A stretch of 64,000 nucleotides of DNA from Phycisphaerae bacterium (GTDB lineage Bacteria; Planctomycetota; Phycisphaerae; UBA1845), in NCBI GenBank assembly GCA_022072505.1, contig JAJVHU010000010.1, positions 174,170 through 238,169 on the forward strand, written 5' to 3'. Under the pieces are notes generated by a model. It had not been told where the DNA came from. It was given only the letters and a program-made list of their open reading frames with translations, and searched no databases. Position 1 is the first letter of the stretch, and every line of letters starts with the position of its first letter. The position numbers and the translations under genes are program-made. This document shows positions 53,686 through 63,999 of the stretch, one piece after another.

Positions 53686-54761
53686 TTCTGAAGGATCGGC
53701 AGAAGACGGTTCGGCATCTGAAGCACGATCAGCCCCATCGCCGTCCCGTATTCCGTCCCCGCCTGCCCGCGCCAGTACCCTTCCTCGGCCTGCGTCGCGA
53801 TCAGCTCGTCGCGGATCGCCGGGAACCAGCGCCCCCAGTGCTCGTCGCCCGCCAGGTACATCGCCTGCGCCGCGTAATAATGCCCGTAAAAATAATGACC
53901 GACGGACTCGCTCTTCGGCGGCGTGAAACGTTCAAGATAACGCAGTCCGCGCTCGATCTCGTCCCCCTCGTAAATCCCCGCGTACTGCAGCGCGCATACC
54001 CCCGCCGCCGACCGCGCGAACGCCGATCCGCCCGAGTTCAGCATATATCGGAACCCGCCGTCGTCGTTCTGGCTGTCCCGGACGTACTGGATCGCACGGT
54101 CGATCACCGACTTCTCAACGTGGATCCCCGCGTTCCGCGCCGCCCGCAGCGCCATCACCTGGCAGATCGTCACCGAAATGTCCGCGTCGTTCCGCACCGG
54201 CTGATACCGCCAGCCCCCCTCGTCGTTCTGCGTCGCCACGATCAGGCGCACCGCGCGGCGCAACGCCTCGCGCACCTCCGGCCTCGGCGACATGCCGTAA
54301 ACCTCCGCCAGAAACAGCGTCGCGAAACCGTGACCGTACATCGGCCCGTGTGACGTGTCCGCCGCCAGCAGCCCGCTCTCCGATCCGTGCTTCAGGATGA
54401 AATCCACGCAGCGATCGACCTGCGGTGCGTAACGACCGCGCCCCGGAACGTTCCCGTCCATGATGAACGCCAGTCCCGCAAGTCCCGTGATCGCCACGTG
54501 AGGTCCGTAGTGCGACAGGCTGCCGAAGCTTCCGTCCGCCGACTGATTATCCGCCAGCCACCGCAGCCCGCGCTCGACCGAAGTGCGCCACGCCGGCGTC
54601 AGCTCCCACTCCGCTGAGGGCGCGCCGCGCGACGCATCCGGCGGCGACGGCGCAACGGTCGCGGGCGGCGTCGCCTCCTGCAATCCGCCGCCAGCTGCAA
54701 AGCTCAGCGCCGCAACCGTCGCCCCCGTAATCGCGGCACAAGGCTTGAACCCTCGGGTCAT
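53682..54761 (-). CDS. Prenyltransferase/squalene-oxidase-repeat (terpenoid-cyclase-fold) protein
   Basis: Repeats ADNQSADGSFG, TQNDEGGWRY and SQNDDGGFRY. ATGA overlaps at both ends. Confidence 0.7.
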   Translation of the reverse strand: MTRGFKPCAAITGATVAALSFAAGGGLQEATPPATVAPSPPDASRGAPSAEWELTPAWRTSVERGLRWLADNQSADGSFGSLSHYGPHVAITGLAGLAFIMDGNVPGRGRYAPQVDRCVDFILKHGSESGLLAADTSHGPMYGHGFATLFLAEVYGMSPRPEVREALRRAVRLIVATQNDEGGWRYQPVRNDADISVTICQVMALRAARNAGIHVEKSVIDRAIQYVRDSQNDDGGFRYMLNSGGSAFARSAAGVCALQYAGIYEGDEIERGLRYLERFTPPKSESVGHYFYGHYYAAQAMYLAGDEHWGRWFPAIRDELIATQAEEGYWRGQAGTEYGTAMGLIVLQMPNRLLPILQK

Positions 54762-55480
54762 CGGTTCTCATCCTCCGGTCCGCCCTGCAGCGACCGGTAA
54801 TACCGCTCCACCCACTCCCGGAACCGCGGCAGCACCGCCTCGTCCATCCCCTCGATCACCTCGTCCCGGTCGCGCTGCGGAAGGTTTCCCCACGCTCGCC
54901 GGCGCTCCTTCAATTCCACGTCGCGGTCCCGCTCCACGCCGTCGCCTCCGGGCGCCGGCGTCGCGTCCTGCCCGGGTTCGCTCGAAGCCTCGGCTGAACG
55001 CGGCTCCGCGCCGGGCTGGCGCGATCCGTCAGGCCGGGCGCGCGACGCCGTCCGACGATCCGAACGAGAGGCGTTCGACTGCGGCTTGCGCTTTGTGTTC
55101 TGCGCCGCCGCCGCGATCGCCTTGTCCAGCTCCTTGATGATTTCTTTCTGAAGCGCCTGCGTCTCCGCGCCGGCGTCGAACATCACCTCAAGCCGGCGCG
55201 CCCCCTCCGACATCATGCGCATGATCTTCGTCATCAGGTCGTCTTCGCCTTCGCCCGTCGTCTGACGCACGAGTTTGCGCGCGAGGTCTTCCTCCTCTTG
55301 CGCCTGCACGGCGCCGCCGACGGGCGCGATGAAAACCAGCGCCACGGCGGCTGCCGCCAACGCCGCGCCGCCCCCGACCGAACCGCGCCCGCAAGGAAGC
55401 CGTCCCGCCGAGCTCGGCCTGCGCCGCTTCCGGGAAAACGCCGGGACGCTCACCTTCATATTCTCACCCGTCAACGTCAT
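54758..55480 (-). CDS. Hypothetical secreted or membrane-anchored charged protein
   Basis: TM/signal segment GGGAALAAAAVALVFIAPVGGAVQA, then an acidic/basic low-complexity region, ending FREWVERYYRSLQ. Start is either 55480 or 55459. Confidence 0.45.
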   Translation of the reverse strand: MTLTGENMKVSVPAFSRKRRRPSSAGRLPCGRGSVGGGAALAAAAVALVFIAPVGGAVQAQEEEDLARKLVRQTTGEGEDDLMTKIMRMMSEGARRLEVMFDAGAETQALQKEIIKELDKAIAAAAQNTKRKPQSNASRSDRRTASRARPDGSRQPGAEPRSAEASSEPGQDATPAPGGDGVERDRDVELKERRRAWGNLPQRDRDEVIEGMDEAVLPRFREWVERYYRSLQGGPEDENR

Positions 55481-55562
55481 GTTCCGCTTCCCTCGTCGCA
55501 ACGCGCTGTTTCCGACGGCCGCTGCCGCCGCACCGGATTCTAGGCCGGCCGGAACGCGATCC

Positions 55563-58500
55563 TCATCCTCCGGCGACGCCCTGCTCCTCACGCGCCGCCT
55601 CCGTCACACGCCGCGTCAGATCGAACACCTGCGCCTGATCTTCTCCCAGCTCCCGCAACCGGCGCAACTCGGCTTCGCCCGGCTCACGCCCCGCCAGTTC
55701 CGCCGCCAGCGCGACCGTCCGCTCGTTGATCTCGATCTGAATCGCTTTCAGCACCAGCAACTCAGTCACCGTCGGAACAGGCTTTCCCGCCTGTTGCTGC
55801 GAAGCCCCGTCGCCGCCGCCTCCTCGTCCGTCATCGTCCGCGAACTCGGGATCCTTGATCGCGTCTTGCGTGCCGGCGAGCCCCGCGATCAACGTCTCCA
55901 GCTCCCGCACGATCCGTCCCGAGACGCGCTCCAGCTCCCCGTCGATCGCCCGGCGCGTCAGACGATCCTGCGCTCCCTCCATCCAACCCACGACGCGCTG
56001 CAACGCCCACGCAAAAACCGGCGCTTCTTCGACCTGTGCTTGCGCTTCCTGCGTCGCCTTCACCAGCTCGCCCTGGTCTCGCGCCAGGTCCGACGCCGCT
56101 TTCGACTCAAGGCGCCCGATCCGCTGGCCCTGCGACAACCGAGCCGCCAGATCGCGGATCCCGGCGTCGATCTCCCGCTGCGCCGCCACCAGCGCCTCCA
56201 GCCGACCCTGAATCTCTTCCAGCGTCTGCCTCTCGATGTCGTCTCGAACCTGCTCCGCCGCTTCCGCCAGGGCGTCCAGCGCCTGATGCAGAAAATCCTC
56301 CGCGGTCTGCTGCGGCGTCTTCGCATCCGCCGCGCGGGCTTCGCCCAGAACGCGGTGCGCCTCGCTCATCGCCGCTGCCGCCGCGCTGACCAATTCCCCC
56401 GCAGGCGCGGATTTCGGCGTCGCCCCGAGATCCTCTCCCAGCCACCGCGCGTTCGTCCGAAGCTGCCCTTGCGGCTCCGCCAGCGCCGCCACCACGTCCG
56501 AAGGCGCGGCGACTGCCGCCGCCTCCTCCGCCGCCGCCGTCAGCTCCTCCTGACGCCTCAAAAGCGCCGCCACCTGCTCTTCCGCGCGCTCCAGCTCTTT
56601 CCGCAACTCGTCCAGCTCGCGCTTCCGCGCCTCGCGCAGTCCCGCGACCATCTTCGACATCGCGTCCTTCGCCGCGGACTGACTCACGCCCGCCGCCGCC
56701 GTCCGGTTCCCGCGCACCGCCTCCGCCGCCGTCTTCAGATGCCGCGGAAGATCCTGCGCCGCCGCCTCGCGCAACGCCTGCTCCAGCGACTCCCGCGCCG
56801 CCGCCTCAACGCTTCCGGCGCTCTGATCGCGCATCTGCGCCAGCGCTTTGTTCACGTCGTCGTTGAGTTGCTCCTGTTGCCGCGCCAGGCGCTCCAGTTC
56901 CGCCTGCTCCTCCGCCGTCAGCGACTCCACCGCGCGCCCGAGCGTCTCCTTCCCCGCCGCCGCCGTCGCATCCCGAAGCGCCTCCTGCCGCTCAACAAGA
57001 TCCGTCAGCCGTGACGCCAGTTCCTGAACGTCGCCCCACCGCGAAAGCTCTTCCAGCACCCCCCGCAGGTTCGCCGACGCCTCCGCTGCTCCTCGTCTCG
57101 CCTCCGCCGCCAACGATCTCGCCTCGTCCGCCGGCTCCGCATCCCGAGCCTGCTGAAGCGCCCCGGAGGCGCCACTCATCCGATCCGCCACCTCGCCCGC
57201 CAGCCGATCCGCGACGTCCCGCACCCGCTGCGCCCAGCCCTCGTCTTCCACCCGGTTGTCGCTCATCTGACCGGCCAGATCGCGCGAGCGACGCACGAGA
57301 TCGCGGACCGACCGAGCCAGCCGCGCCTCGCGAGACGCCGCCGAAGCCGCTGCATCTCGCTCCGCCTCTGACCAGTCCGCCGTCTCCGCCAGCGCCTCCG
57401 CCGACTCCGTCACGCCGTCCTGCTCCGCCAGCACCTGGCGCAACTGGCGCTCGATCCCGTGCAACTGATCGCGCACGCGGCGCTCATACTCCGCCGCGCT
57501 GATGATCCGCAGGGTCAGCGACGCGGAGCGCCCCGGACGTTCCGGACCCGCCTCGCCCGGGAACGTGTCCCACGCCGCCACGCAGAACGTCGCCACGTCT
57601 CCCGGTTCCAGCGCCAGGCGCGCCAGATCCCAGTCATGACGGAACGTCGCGCTTCCCCGAACGCCTCCGGCTGCTCCCCCCTCCAACGTCACCGGTTCCG
57701 ACAACGTTGCGCGGTCTTCGCGCGTCGCCTCCAGCGCCGCTGCGGACACGCCGAAGTCGTCCACCGCCTCCCCCACGAGCCGGAGGATCGCCTGCGGCGT
57801 CGCCTCCACAGCGCCCGCCGGGTGCGTCAACGCCACCCGAGGCGGCATGTCTTCTTTCATCTTCAGCGTGTAAAGCGCTGCCGTGCGGTTCTCGAACCCG
57901 TCCTCGTCCACCACCGTCACGCGGAACTGAACGTCCGCTTGCGGCTCAAAGGTCGCCCGCAACCGGCGCCGATCGTCCGGGTCCGCAGTCAGCGGTGTCG
58001 TCCAGCCGTCCGCGGAGTGAAGCTGCATCCGGTCCGCCCCCGCGCCGCGCGCCGCGTCCTTGCTGCTCGTCACAACCACCTCGACCCGGCTCCCCCGGAT
58101 CACATCCACCGCTTCCGTCGTCAGCGTCAGAATTTCCGGCCCCGCCCCGTCCGCGTACGCCGGCGGATACACCGTCAGGGCCACCTCCTCGATCACCGGG
58201 CGTGCGACCGCGACGATCCGACCCGGCTCGCGTCGCGTGCTGGCGTCGCCGGCCTCGAAGTGATAACTCACGTCGCACAGAACCGGCTGGATCACCGCCT
58301 CGAATACGTCTCCTTCCCGCTGCATCGCCAGCGTCATCGCCCGCCCTTCCGCATCCCGCAGGTGAACGACGCCGCGCAGCGTGTCCGAAAGTCCCGTCGT
58401 CACTTTCATCCGAACTCGAGCGGACTCCGCCAGCGGCGCGCGGATCACCCGCGTCAGGGGTGAAATCTGCACCGTCGTCGGCCACTCCACCGCCCCGAAC

Positions 58501-59054
58501 GGATCCAGATAGCGCGACAGCCCCGTCCACATCCACGCCGGCGATCCGAGGCTCACCGCCGCCAGCAGGACGACGCTGAGGATGAAGAACAACGTCCCCG
58601 TCAGCAGCGGACGCGTCGTCAACACACGCTCAAGGTCTCGCCGCGCGATCGCCCGCTCCGTGTTCACCAGGAACTGCCGCACCATCGGCGCCGACCCCGC
58701 CTCCACGTTCTGCGCGAAGTTCACCAGGCTCGACAACCGGTCATTGAAATCCCCGAAATAACGCTCGATCCGCGCCGCAATCTGCCCGACGCTCAGCCCC
58801 GCCCGCGCCGGACGGTAGATCCAGTACGTCCACGCCAGCGCAAACCCGACCAGAAACGCCCCCCCGATCACCAGCCGAGGGATCGCGGGAAGATTCAGAC
58901 CCCAGTCCACCAGCAGGATCGCCAGCAGCGCGTACACCCCCCCGGACCCCACCGCCGTGACCCCGTAAAGGATCCACCGCCGGTAAGCGATCCGCCGGAT
59001 GCGCTCCAACCGCGCGATCAGTTCCCGACTCTGCTCGCTCTCCAGCATCGACAT
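55563..59054 (-). CDS. Large DUF4175-like membrane protein with a long Ala/Glu-rich coiled-coil C-terminal half
   Basis: N-terminal pair of TM helices (ILYGVTAVGSGGVYALLAILLV..., PRLVIGGAFLVGFALAWTYWIY), a third TM helix, then about 500 aa of coiled-coil-like sequence. Confidence 0.6.
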   Translation of the reverse strand: MSMLESEQSRELIARLERIRRIAYRRWILYGVTAVGSGGVYALLAILLVDWGLNLPAIPRLVIGGAFLVGFALAWTYWIYRPARAGLSVGQIAARIERYFGDFNDRLSSLVNFAQNVEAGSAPMVRQFLVNTERAIARRDLERVLTTRPLLTGTLFFILSVVLLAAVSLGSPAWMWTGLSRYLDPFGAVEWPTTVQISPLTRVIRAPLAESARVRMKVTTGLSDTLRGVVHLRDAEGRAMTLAMQREGDVFEAVIQPVLCDVSYHFEAGDASTRREPGRIVAVARPVIEEVALTVYPPAYADGAGPEILTLTTEAVDVIRGSRVEVVVTSSKDAARGAGADRMQLHSADGWTTPLTADPDDRRRLRATFEPQADVQFRVTVVDEDGFENRTAALYTLKMKEDMPPRVALTHPAGAVEATPQAILRLVGEAVDDFGVSAAALEATREDRATLSEPVTLEGGAAGGVRGSATFRHDWDLARLALEPGDVATFCVAAWDTFPGEAGPERPGRSASLTLRIISAAEYERRVRDQLHGIERQLRQVLAEQDGVTESAEALAETADWSEAERDAAASAASREARLARSVRDLVRRSRDLAGQMSDNRVEDEGWAQRVRDVADRLAGEVADRMSGASGALQQARDAEPADEARSLAAEARRGAAEASANLRGVLEELSRWGDVQELASRLTDLVERQEALRDATAAAGKETLGRAVESLTAEEQAELERLARQQEQLNDDVNKALAQMRDQSAGSVEAAARESLEQALREAAAQDLPRHLKTAAEAVRGNRTAAAGVSQSAAKDAMSKMVAGLREARKRELDELRKELERAEEQVAALLRRQEELTAAAEEAAAVAAPSDVVAALAEPQGQLRTNARWLGEDLGATPKSAPAGELVSAAAAAMSEAHRVLGEARAADAKTPQQTAEDFLHQALDALAEAAEQVRDDIERQTLEEIQGRLEALVAAQREIDAGIRDLAARLSQGQRIGRLESKAASDLARDQGELVKATQEAQAQVEEAPVFAWALQRVVGWMEGAQDRLTRRAIDGELERVSGRIVRELETLIAGLAGTQDAIKDPEFADDDGRGGGGDGASQQQAGKPVPTVTELLVLKAIQIEINERTVALAAELAGREPGEAELRRLRELGEDQAQVFDLTRRVTEAAREEQGVAGG

Positions 59055-59100
59055 CCGCGATCCCCCGGTCGTCCGCCTTCCGCGTCACCGCCCGCCCGGT

Positions 59101-59145
59101 CCCTGTTCCCTGTTGCCTGTTGCCTGTTCCCTGTTGCCTGTTGCC
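59101..59145. repeat. Heptamer tandem repeat (SCCTGTT x 6.4) in an intra-operon spacer
   Basis: ccctgtt ccctgtt gcctgtt gcctgtt ccctgtt gcctgtt gcc, read directly from the sequence. Confidence 0.95.
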
Positions 59146-59148
59146 TTC

Positions 59149-61611
59149 CTACACCAGCCCGAACGCCTTCCGCGTCACCCACTCCGCCGTAATCAGCAGC
59201 ACAAAAAGCAGCGCCGCCAGCCGCGAATCCCACAGCGGCTCCGTCACGTCATCCGGAATCTGCACACTCCGGTCGCGGATCTTCGACAACCCGCCCGCCA
59301 CGTCCTCCAGTTCGATCATGCTCCCGCCCGTGCCCGCCGCCAACTGCTCCAGCAACTCATGATTCGCCTCCGCCCGTCTCGACTCCAGGTCCAGCGCCTC
59401 CACCTGAAACGTTGTCGAGATCGCCCGCTCCGGGACGAACCCCGTCGCCTCGACCTCCAGCAACAGGCTCCCCGGCCGGTCCGCGATGCGCGATCCGAGG
59501 AACACGTTGGACCGCTCGTCAACCCGCCGCAGCTCAAACCGCATCGCCGCGCGCCCCTCTCCGTCCACGCCCCGCACCGTCAGCGCATCCCCCAGTGCCG
59601 AAGACAACTCGGGATCCAACACACGCGCTTCAACCCCGACGCGCTCCCCCAGGGAGTAACGCCGACGATCCGTCGTCACCGTCATCCGACGATCCTGCCC
59701 GAGGCGACGGTCCGGCATCAGCGAACGCGCCACTTGGATCCAGTACGCGTCGTGAAGGAACTCCCCCGTGTGACGGCGCCACAACCACGTGTCATCCGTC
59801 CCCTGAAAGAAGAGCTTCCCCGCCCCGTAACGACCCGACACCACCAGCGGCATCGCCCCCGATCCTGCCGTCGCCGTCGGATGCTCCAGCAGCACCGTCG
59901 CCCCCGGTTTCGGACCCAGCGATCGCGCGTACCAGTGCCACGACGGAAGTTCCCCGATCAGCCTCGCGTTCTCCTCGGGATCAGGCACGAACCGGAACAG
60001 GCGGCTCGCGCGCCCTTCCGGCGTCAGCCGTCCGCGGTATCCGGTGGTGATCGTTCCTCCCGGACCGCCCGACGCATCCGCGTCGATCCGCACCGGAACG
60101 AGTCGCTCAAGCGGCGTCCCAAGAAAACGACCCGGCGTATACCGCTCCCCCGCGATCAGACCGAACCCGCCGCCCTGGTTCCCCACGAAATCCAGCAGCA
60201 TCCGCATCTGCGCCAGGCTCAGCCAGTTGCCTCGCGCGTCCACGTCGCCGAAGATCACCACGTCATAAGGGTTCAGTTCCTCCGGCGTCTCAGGGAACCT
60301 CTGGATCGGCAGCGTCCCTTCCTGAACGAAGCCATCGTCGGCCTCCAGCAGTAGCACGCTGACCTTCACGGTCCGCTCCCGAACCAACGCCGTCTTCAGG
60401 TACCGGTATTCGTAGCGCGGATACGTGTCGACATAGAGCACGTTGAGCTGCTCATCCAGTACCGTCACGTCGAAGCGCTCCGTGTTGTTCGACAACTCCT
60501 GCTCCGCCGCCGGACCCGTCACCTCCACCCGGAACCGGCGCACGCCGCGATCACGAAGCCGGGTGCTTAACTCGACCTCATGCGCCCCCGATCCGCCCTC
60601 ATCCGCGGAGAGAGCGACCGACGTCTCCGCCAGCACCGCGTTCGTCGCGTCGTCAAGGAGCCGCACCCGAGCCGTCTCCGTCGCCGCCAGCCCGCTCCAC
60701 CGCAGGCTGATGTCCGCCGCGAGCACGTCATCCGCGAACACCGTCTGCGGCGTCCGGATCGCGTCCAGCCCCACGTCCGCCACCGGCTGCGGCGATCCGA
60801 CGCGCACCGGGTAAACCGGCGCCTGCCGCGCCTGCGCCGACTGAAGCAGCTCGAACAAGTCCACCGGCGTCGTCGACTGACCGTCGCTGACCAGAACGAT
60901 CCCCGCAATGCGCCGTTCCGGATCCGCCGCCAGCAGCGCCTGAAGCGCCCCTACCACGTCCGAATTCCCGCCCTCCGGCGTCACATCTCTCAGCCCCGCC
61001 GCGACCTCCGTCGCCGACTCAGGCGATCCCGGCGGGCTCGCCTCCCGCAAGGCCGACGCAAAAGCATAAAGTCGCAACCGGTTTCCGGGCGGCAGGGATC
61101 CTCGTAACACCGCCGCGTCATCCTTCAGCAGCGCCGCTCGCGCCAGATCCAGCCGCGACAACTCCGGCGCACCCTCGGTCGCAGGGCTGTCCGCCTCGGT
61201 TTCCGCCGCGCGATCCTCAGACTCAGTTCCACGCCGCCGGTCCACGCGCGACATGCTGCGCGACTCATCCACCAGCAGGATCACTTCCGACGGCTCGACC
61301 CGATTGCGCTGAAGCTTCAGAGTCGGGCGGCACAGTAGCGCCCCGACCAGCGCCACCAGCCCCAGCCGCAACCCTCCGAGCAGCGTCCGACGCAGCACGG
61401 ACCCGCGCTCACGACGGTAGACCAGCGCCACGCACGCCGCCGCCGCCAACCCCAGCGCGGACAGCACCCACGCCTCCACCGGAACGTCCCACGTCAACCG
61501 CAGGGGCGCATCCCGGCCGAGCCGTATCCGCTCCAGATCCAGCAACCACTCCAGCGCGCGTTCCACCATCGTCACTCGACCGCCGCCGTCAGACCACCGG
61601 CGACGCTTCAA
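59149..61611 (-). CDS. Membrane protein with a vWA-like domain and a class-I glutamine-amidotransferase-like domain
   Basis: TM helices near the N-terminus. MIDAS-like VILLVDESRSMS. VVIFGDVDARGNWLSLAQMRMLLDFVGNQGGGFGLIAG. C-terminal TM helix. Alternative start at 61569. Confidence 0.65.
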   Translation of the reverse strand: MKRRRWSDGGGRVTMVERALEWLLDLERIRLGRDAPLRLTWDVPVEAWVLSALGLAAAACVALVYRRERGSVLRRTLLGGLRLGLVALVGALLCRPTLKLQRNRVEPSEVILLVDESRSMSRVDRRRGTESEDRAAETEADSPATEGAPELSRLDLARAALLKDDAAVLRGSLPPGNRLRLYAFASALREASPPGSPESATEVAAGLRDVTPEGGNSDVVGALQALLAADPERRIAGIVLVSDGQSTTPVDLFELLQSAQARQAPVYPVRVGSPQPVADVGLDAIRTPQTVFADDVLAADISLRWSGLAATETARVRLLDDATNAVLAETSVALSADEGGSGAHEVELSTRLRDRGVRRFRVEVTGPAAEQELSNNTERFDVTVLDEQLNVLYVDTYPRYEYRYLKTALVRERTVKVSVLLLEADDGFVQEGTLPIQRFPETPEELNPYDVVIFGDVDARGNWLSLAQMRMLLDFVGNQGGGFGLIAGERYTPGRFLGTPLERLVPVRIDADASGGPGGTITTGYRGRLTPEGRASRLFRFVPDPEENARLIGELPSWHWYARSLGPKPGATVLLEHPTATAGSGAMPLVVSGRYGAGKLFFQGTDDTWLWRRHTGEFLHDAYWIQVARSLMPDRRLGQDRRMTVTTDRRRYSLGERVGVEARVLDPELSSALGDALTVRGVDGEGRAAMRFELRRVDERSNVFLGSRIADRPGSLLLEVEATGFVPERAISTTFQVEALDLESRRAEANHELLEQLAAGTGGSMIELEDVAGGLSKIRDRSVQIPDDVTEPLWDSRLAALLFVLLITAEWVTRKAFGLV

Positions 61612-61627
61612 TCATCCCACGTTCCGC

Positions 61628-63835
61628 TCACCCGCTCGCAGCCCCGTCGCGCCCGCCGCTGGCCGCCCCCGCGAGGATCGGCTCCACCAGCAGCAGTCCC
61701 AGCACGATCAGCAGCACCGTCAGATTCAACTCCGTCGCCTGCGCCGTCCGCCCCTGTCCGGCGCCTGATTCCGCTTCATCCTCCAGCACACGCGCCAAGC
61801 CCCCCGTCCGCTCCGCCACCACCGCAGCCTCCGTCACCCCCGGGTCCGACTCCCGCGCCGGAACGTTCACCGCGAAATCCAACGACCGCTCGCCCGACTG
61901 AAACCGGTAGATGCCCGGGTCCGCCGCCGGTCCCGCGCGAAACGTCAACGACCCGTCCGCCCCCTGCGCCACGGATCCCGCCAGCGTTCCGCCCGACGGC
62001 GCGATCAACCGGACCGGAAGGTCCACGTCCTGCGGCTCGATCGGCTCGACGATCGACGACCCGGTTTCAACCGTGCGGTGGCTCCCCGGACGTCCGCACA
62101 ACATCGACACCGCCTCGACCACCACCGAGACGAAGTCGCCTTTTGCGGGAAAATTCGTCCACTCCATGTTGGCCGATGTCGTGAACATCGCCGAGGTTCC
62201 GCGGCCCACCGACTGAATGACCAGCGCCGGATCGCCGGTGAGGTACTTCAGGACGACCCGCGACCCGTCCGCCGCCGGCACGATCGGCAGATAACGCTCG
62301 ACCCGCGCGCTGAAAAGACCGCTGTCCCGCAGCGACGCGAACTCCGCGACCAGCGGATGCACCGGTTCCGCCAGCGTCATCGTCGTCCACCCCTCCTCGC
62401 CTCCCGCCGGGCGCACCGCGTCCCCCAGCGTTCCCGGGAGGATCGCGGGCTCCGTCCCCGCCCCGTGCCGGTTGTAATGCTCAACCGAAACCTGATCCCC
62501 GGCGAACACCAGCAGCCCGCCGCCCGCGCCGACGTACTCCGCCAGCCGTCGCCACTCCCGCTCCGGCAGGCGTCCGACGTTGCACAGCACGATGACCGCG
62601 TAATCCCGCAGCGACTCTGCCGGGAGTTCGCTGTCGCTGACGACTTTCGGGTCGAACACGCCCGACCCCACGCTCGACTCGTCCGCGGGCGAAAGCGCCT
62701 TCTGCACGTACCCCGCGTGCCCGTCCATCCGATCGACCCCGGGATCGCCGTCCACCAGAAGCACGGGCGCCTGACGAATCACTTCAACCGACAGGAACGC
62801 CTGATCATCTGCCGCCAGCGCCCCACCCGCCGCACCAGCCAGTTCCGCGCGCAAGCCGTGCGTGCCCGCCTCGTGGAACGTGATGAAACCGTCCTGCGAC
62901 GCCGATCCGCCGGCGGGAACGGACTCGAACTCGAACGTCAGGAGGCGCCGTTCCCGATCGGTCACGTGCACGCTCACATCACGCGCCGCGCGAACCCCGT
63001 AATTCACCACCTCCGCCTCAATCCGCGTTGGAAACCCCGTCGCCGTCAGCGGCGTCAACGAGGTCAGTCGGCACACCGCCGTGTTCGACGAACCCCGCTC
63101 CGCCGCTGGGATCAGCACCAGGTCAACCTCCCCCGCGAGCCGTCGCGCCTCGTTCAGCGCCTGCCCGCCGATTTCGGCGGCCTCCCAGTCCGCCCGAGCG
63201 AAGTCGCTGACCACGTACACCGTCGTGTTCGCCTTCAGGATCGACGCATCCGCCGTCAGATCCCACGCCGAGGACAGCGCCGCCTCCCAGTCCGCCGCCA
63301 GGTACGTCGGCCGGACCTGCCGCAGACGATCCTCGAATGCCAACACCCCCACCCCCTCCCGCGACGCCGCACCGCCCCCCGCCGACGTCGTCACGAGGTG
63401 GAACACGTCGTTTTCGCCGAACCCCGGCAGCAAGGCACGAATCCGCCCGAGCGCCGCGTCGAAGCGCGTCTCGTCTCCCCCCGCCCGCGTCTGCATCGAC
63501 AGGCTGTCATCCAGAACGAACACGCGACGCGCCCGAGCCCTCTCCCCGGCGACCCCGCCGGCCGACGACAGAAAGGGCCGACCCGCCGCCGCCACCCCCA
63601 GCCCGATCAGCGCCACCCGCAACGCCAGCAGCAGCCACTGCTCGACAAAGAGCCTTCGACGACTCTGCCGCGTCGCCGCCAGCAGGAACGCCATCGCCGC
63701 CCAGACGACGCGCCGGTGCCGACGACGGTTGAGAAGGTGAATCACGATCGGCACGAGCGCCGCCGCGCCCGCCGCCGCCGCGATCGCCGGTTGCACGAAC
63801 CCGAAACTCTGCGCCAGGACCGGCACCGCGATCAT
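61628..63835 (-). CDS. BatA-type protein: N-terminal double-TM aerotolerance-regulator domain plus a vWA-like domain
   Basis: FGFVQPAIAAAAGAAALVPIVIHLLNRRRHRRVVWAAMAFLL. MIDAS-like VFVLDDSLSMQ. VIVLCNVGRLPEREWRRLAEYVGAGGGLLVFAGD. ATG at 63835. Confidence 0.75.
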   Translation of the reverse strand: MIAVPVLAQSFGFVQPAIAAAAGAAALVPIVIHLLNRRRHRRVVWAAMAFLLAATRQSRRRLFVEQWLLLALRVALIGLGVAAAGRPFLSSAGGVAGERARARRVFVLDDSLSMQTRAGGDETRFDAALGRIRALLPGFGENDVFHLVTTSAGGGAASREGVGVLAFEDRLRQVRPTYLAADWEAALSSAWDLTADASILKANTTVYVVSDFARADWEAAEIGGQALNEARRLAGEVDLVLIPAAERGSSNTAVCRLTSLTPLTATGFPTRIEAEVVNYGVRAARDVSVHVTDRERRLLTFEFESVPAGGSASQDGFITFHEAGTHGLRAELAGAAGGALAADDQAFLSVEVIRQAPVLLVDGDPGVDRMDGHAGYVQKALSPADESSVGSGVFDPKVVSDSELPAESLRDYAVIVLCNVGRLPEREWRRLAEYVGAGGGLLVFAGDQVSVEHYNRHGAGTEPAILPGTLGDAVRPAGGEEGWTTMTLAEPVHPLVAEFASLRDSGLFSARVERYLPIVPAADGSRVVLKYLTGDPALVIQSVGRGTSAMFTTSANMEWTNFPAKGDFVSVVVEAVSMLCGRPGSHRTVETGSSIVEPIEPQDVDLPVRLIAPSGGTLAGSVAQGADGSLTFRAGPAADPGIYRFQSGERSLDFAVNVPARESDPGVTEAAVVAERTGGLARVLEDEAESGAGQGRTAQATELNLTVLLIVLGLLLVEPILAGAASGGRDGAASG

Positions 63836-63999
63836 CCTCCCGTCATCCCCCGCGCCGTCCGCCGGCGCATCCGCGTCGCCCGCGACGCCAGGTACGCGCT
63901 CAGCGCCACGTCCATCGCCGTCGACGTGTCGAACGACACGTAGTCGATCATCATCCGGCTGCATCCGCTCTGAAGCTGCGAGCGGAACCGCTCCACCTC
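63832..63999 (-). CDS. 3' end of an upstream gene, probably DUF58-type; 5' part lies outside the window
   Basis: Open frame from the window edge (...VERFRSQLQSGCSRMMIDYVSFDTSTAMDVALSAYLASRA...) ending in a TGA that overlaps the BatA-like ATG (ATGA). The DUF58 call rests only on the conserved MoxR-DUF58-BatA gene order. Confidence 0.4.
   Translation of the reverse strand, partial: EVERFRSQLQSGCSRMMIDYVSFDTSTAMDVALSAYLASRATRMRRRTARGMTGG

Noticed and set aside
55275-57014. 579-aa plus-strand ORF, and similarly 62078-63943 (621 aa), 7328-8884 (518 aa), 36656-38113 (485 aa), 40152-41549 (465 aa) and 57459-58463
   Set aside because: All lie antisense to genes with clear domain signatures and have Arg/Pro/Leu/Gln-dominated low-complexity sequences. 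High-GC shadow ORFs.
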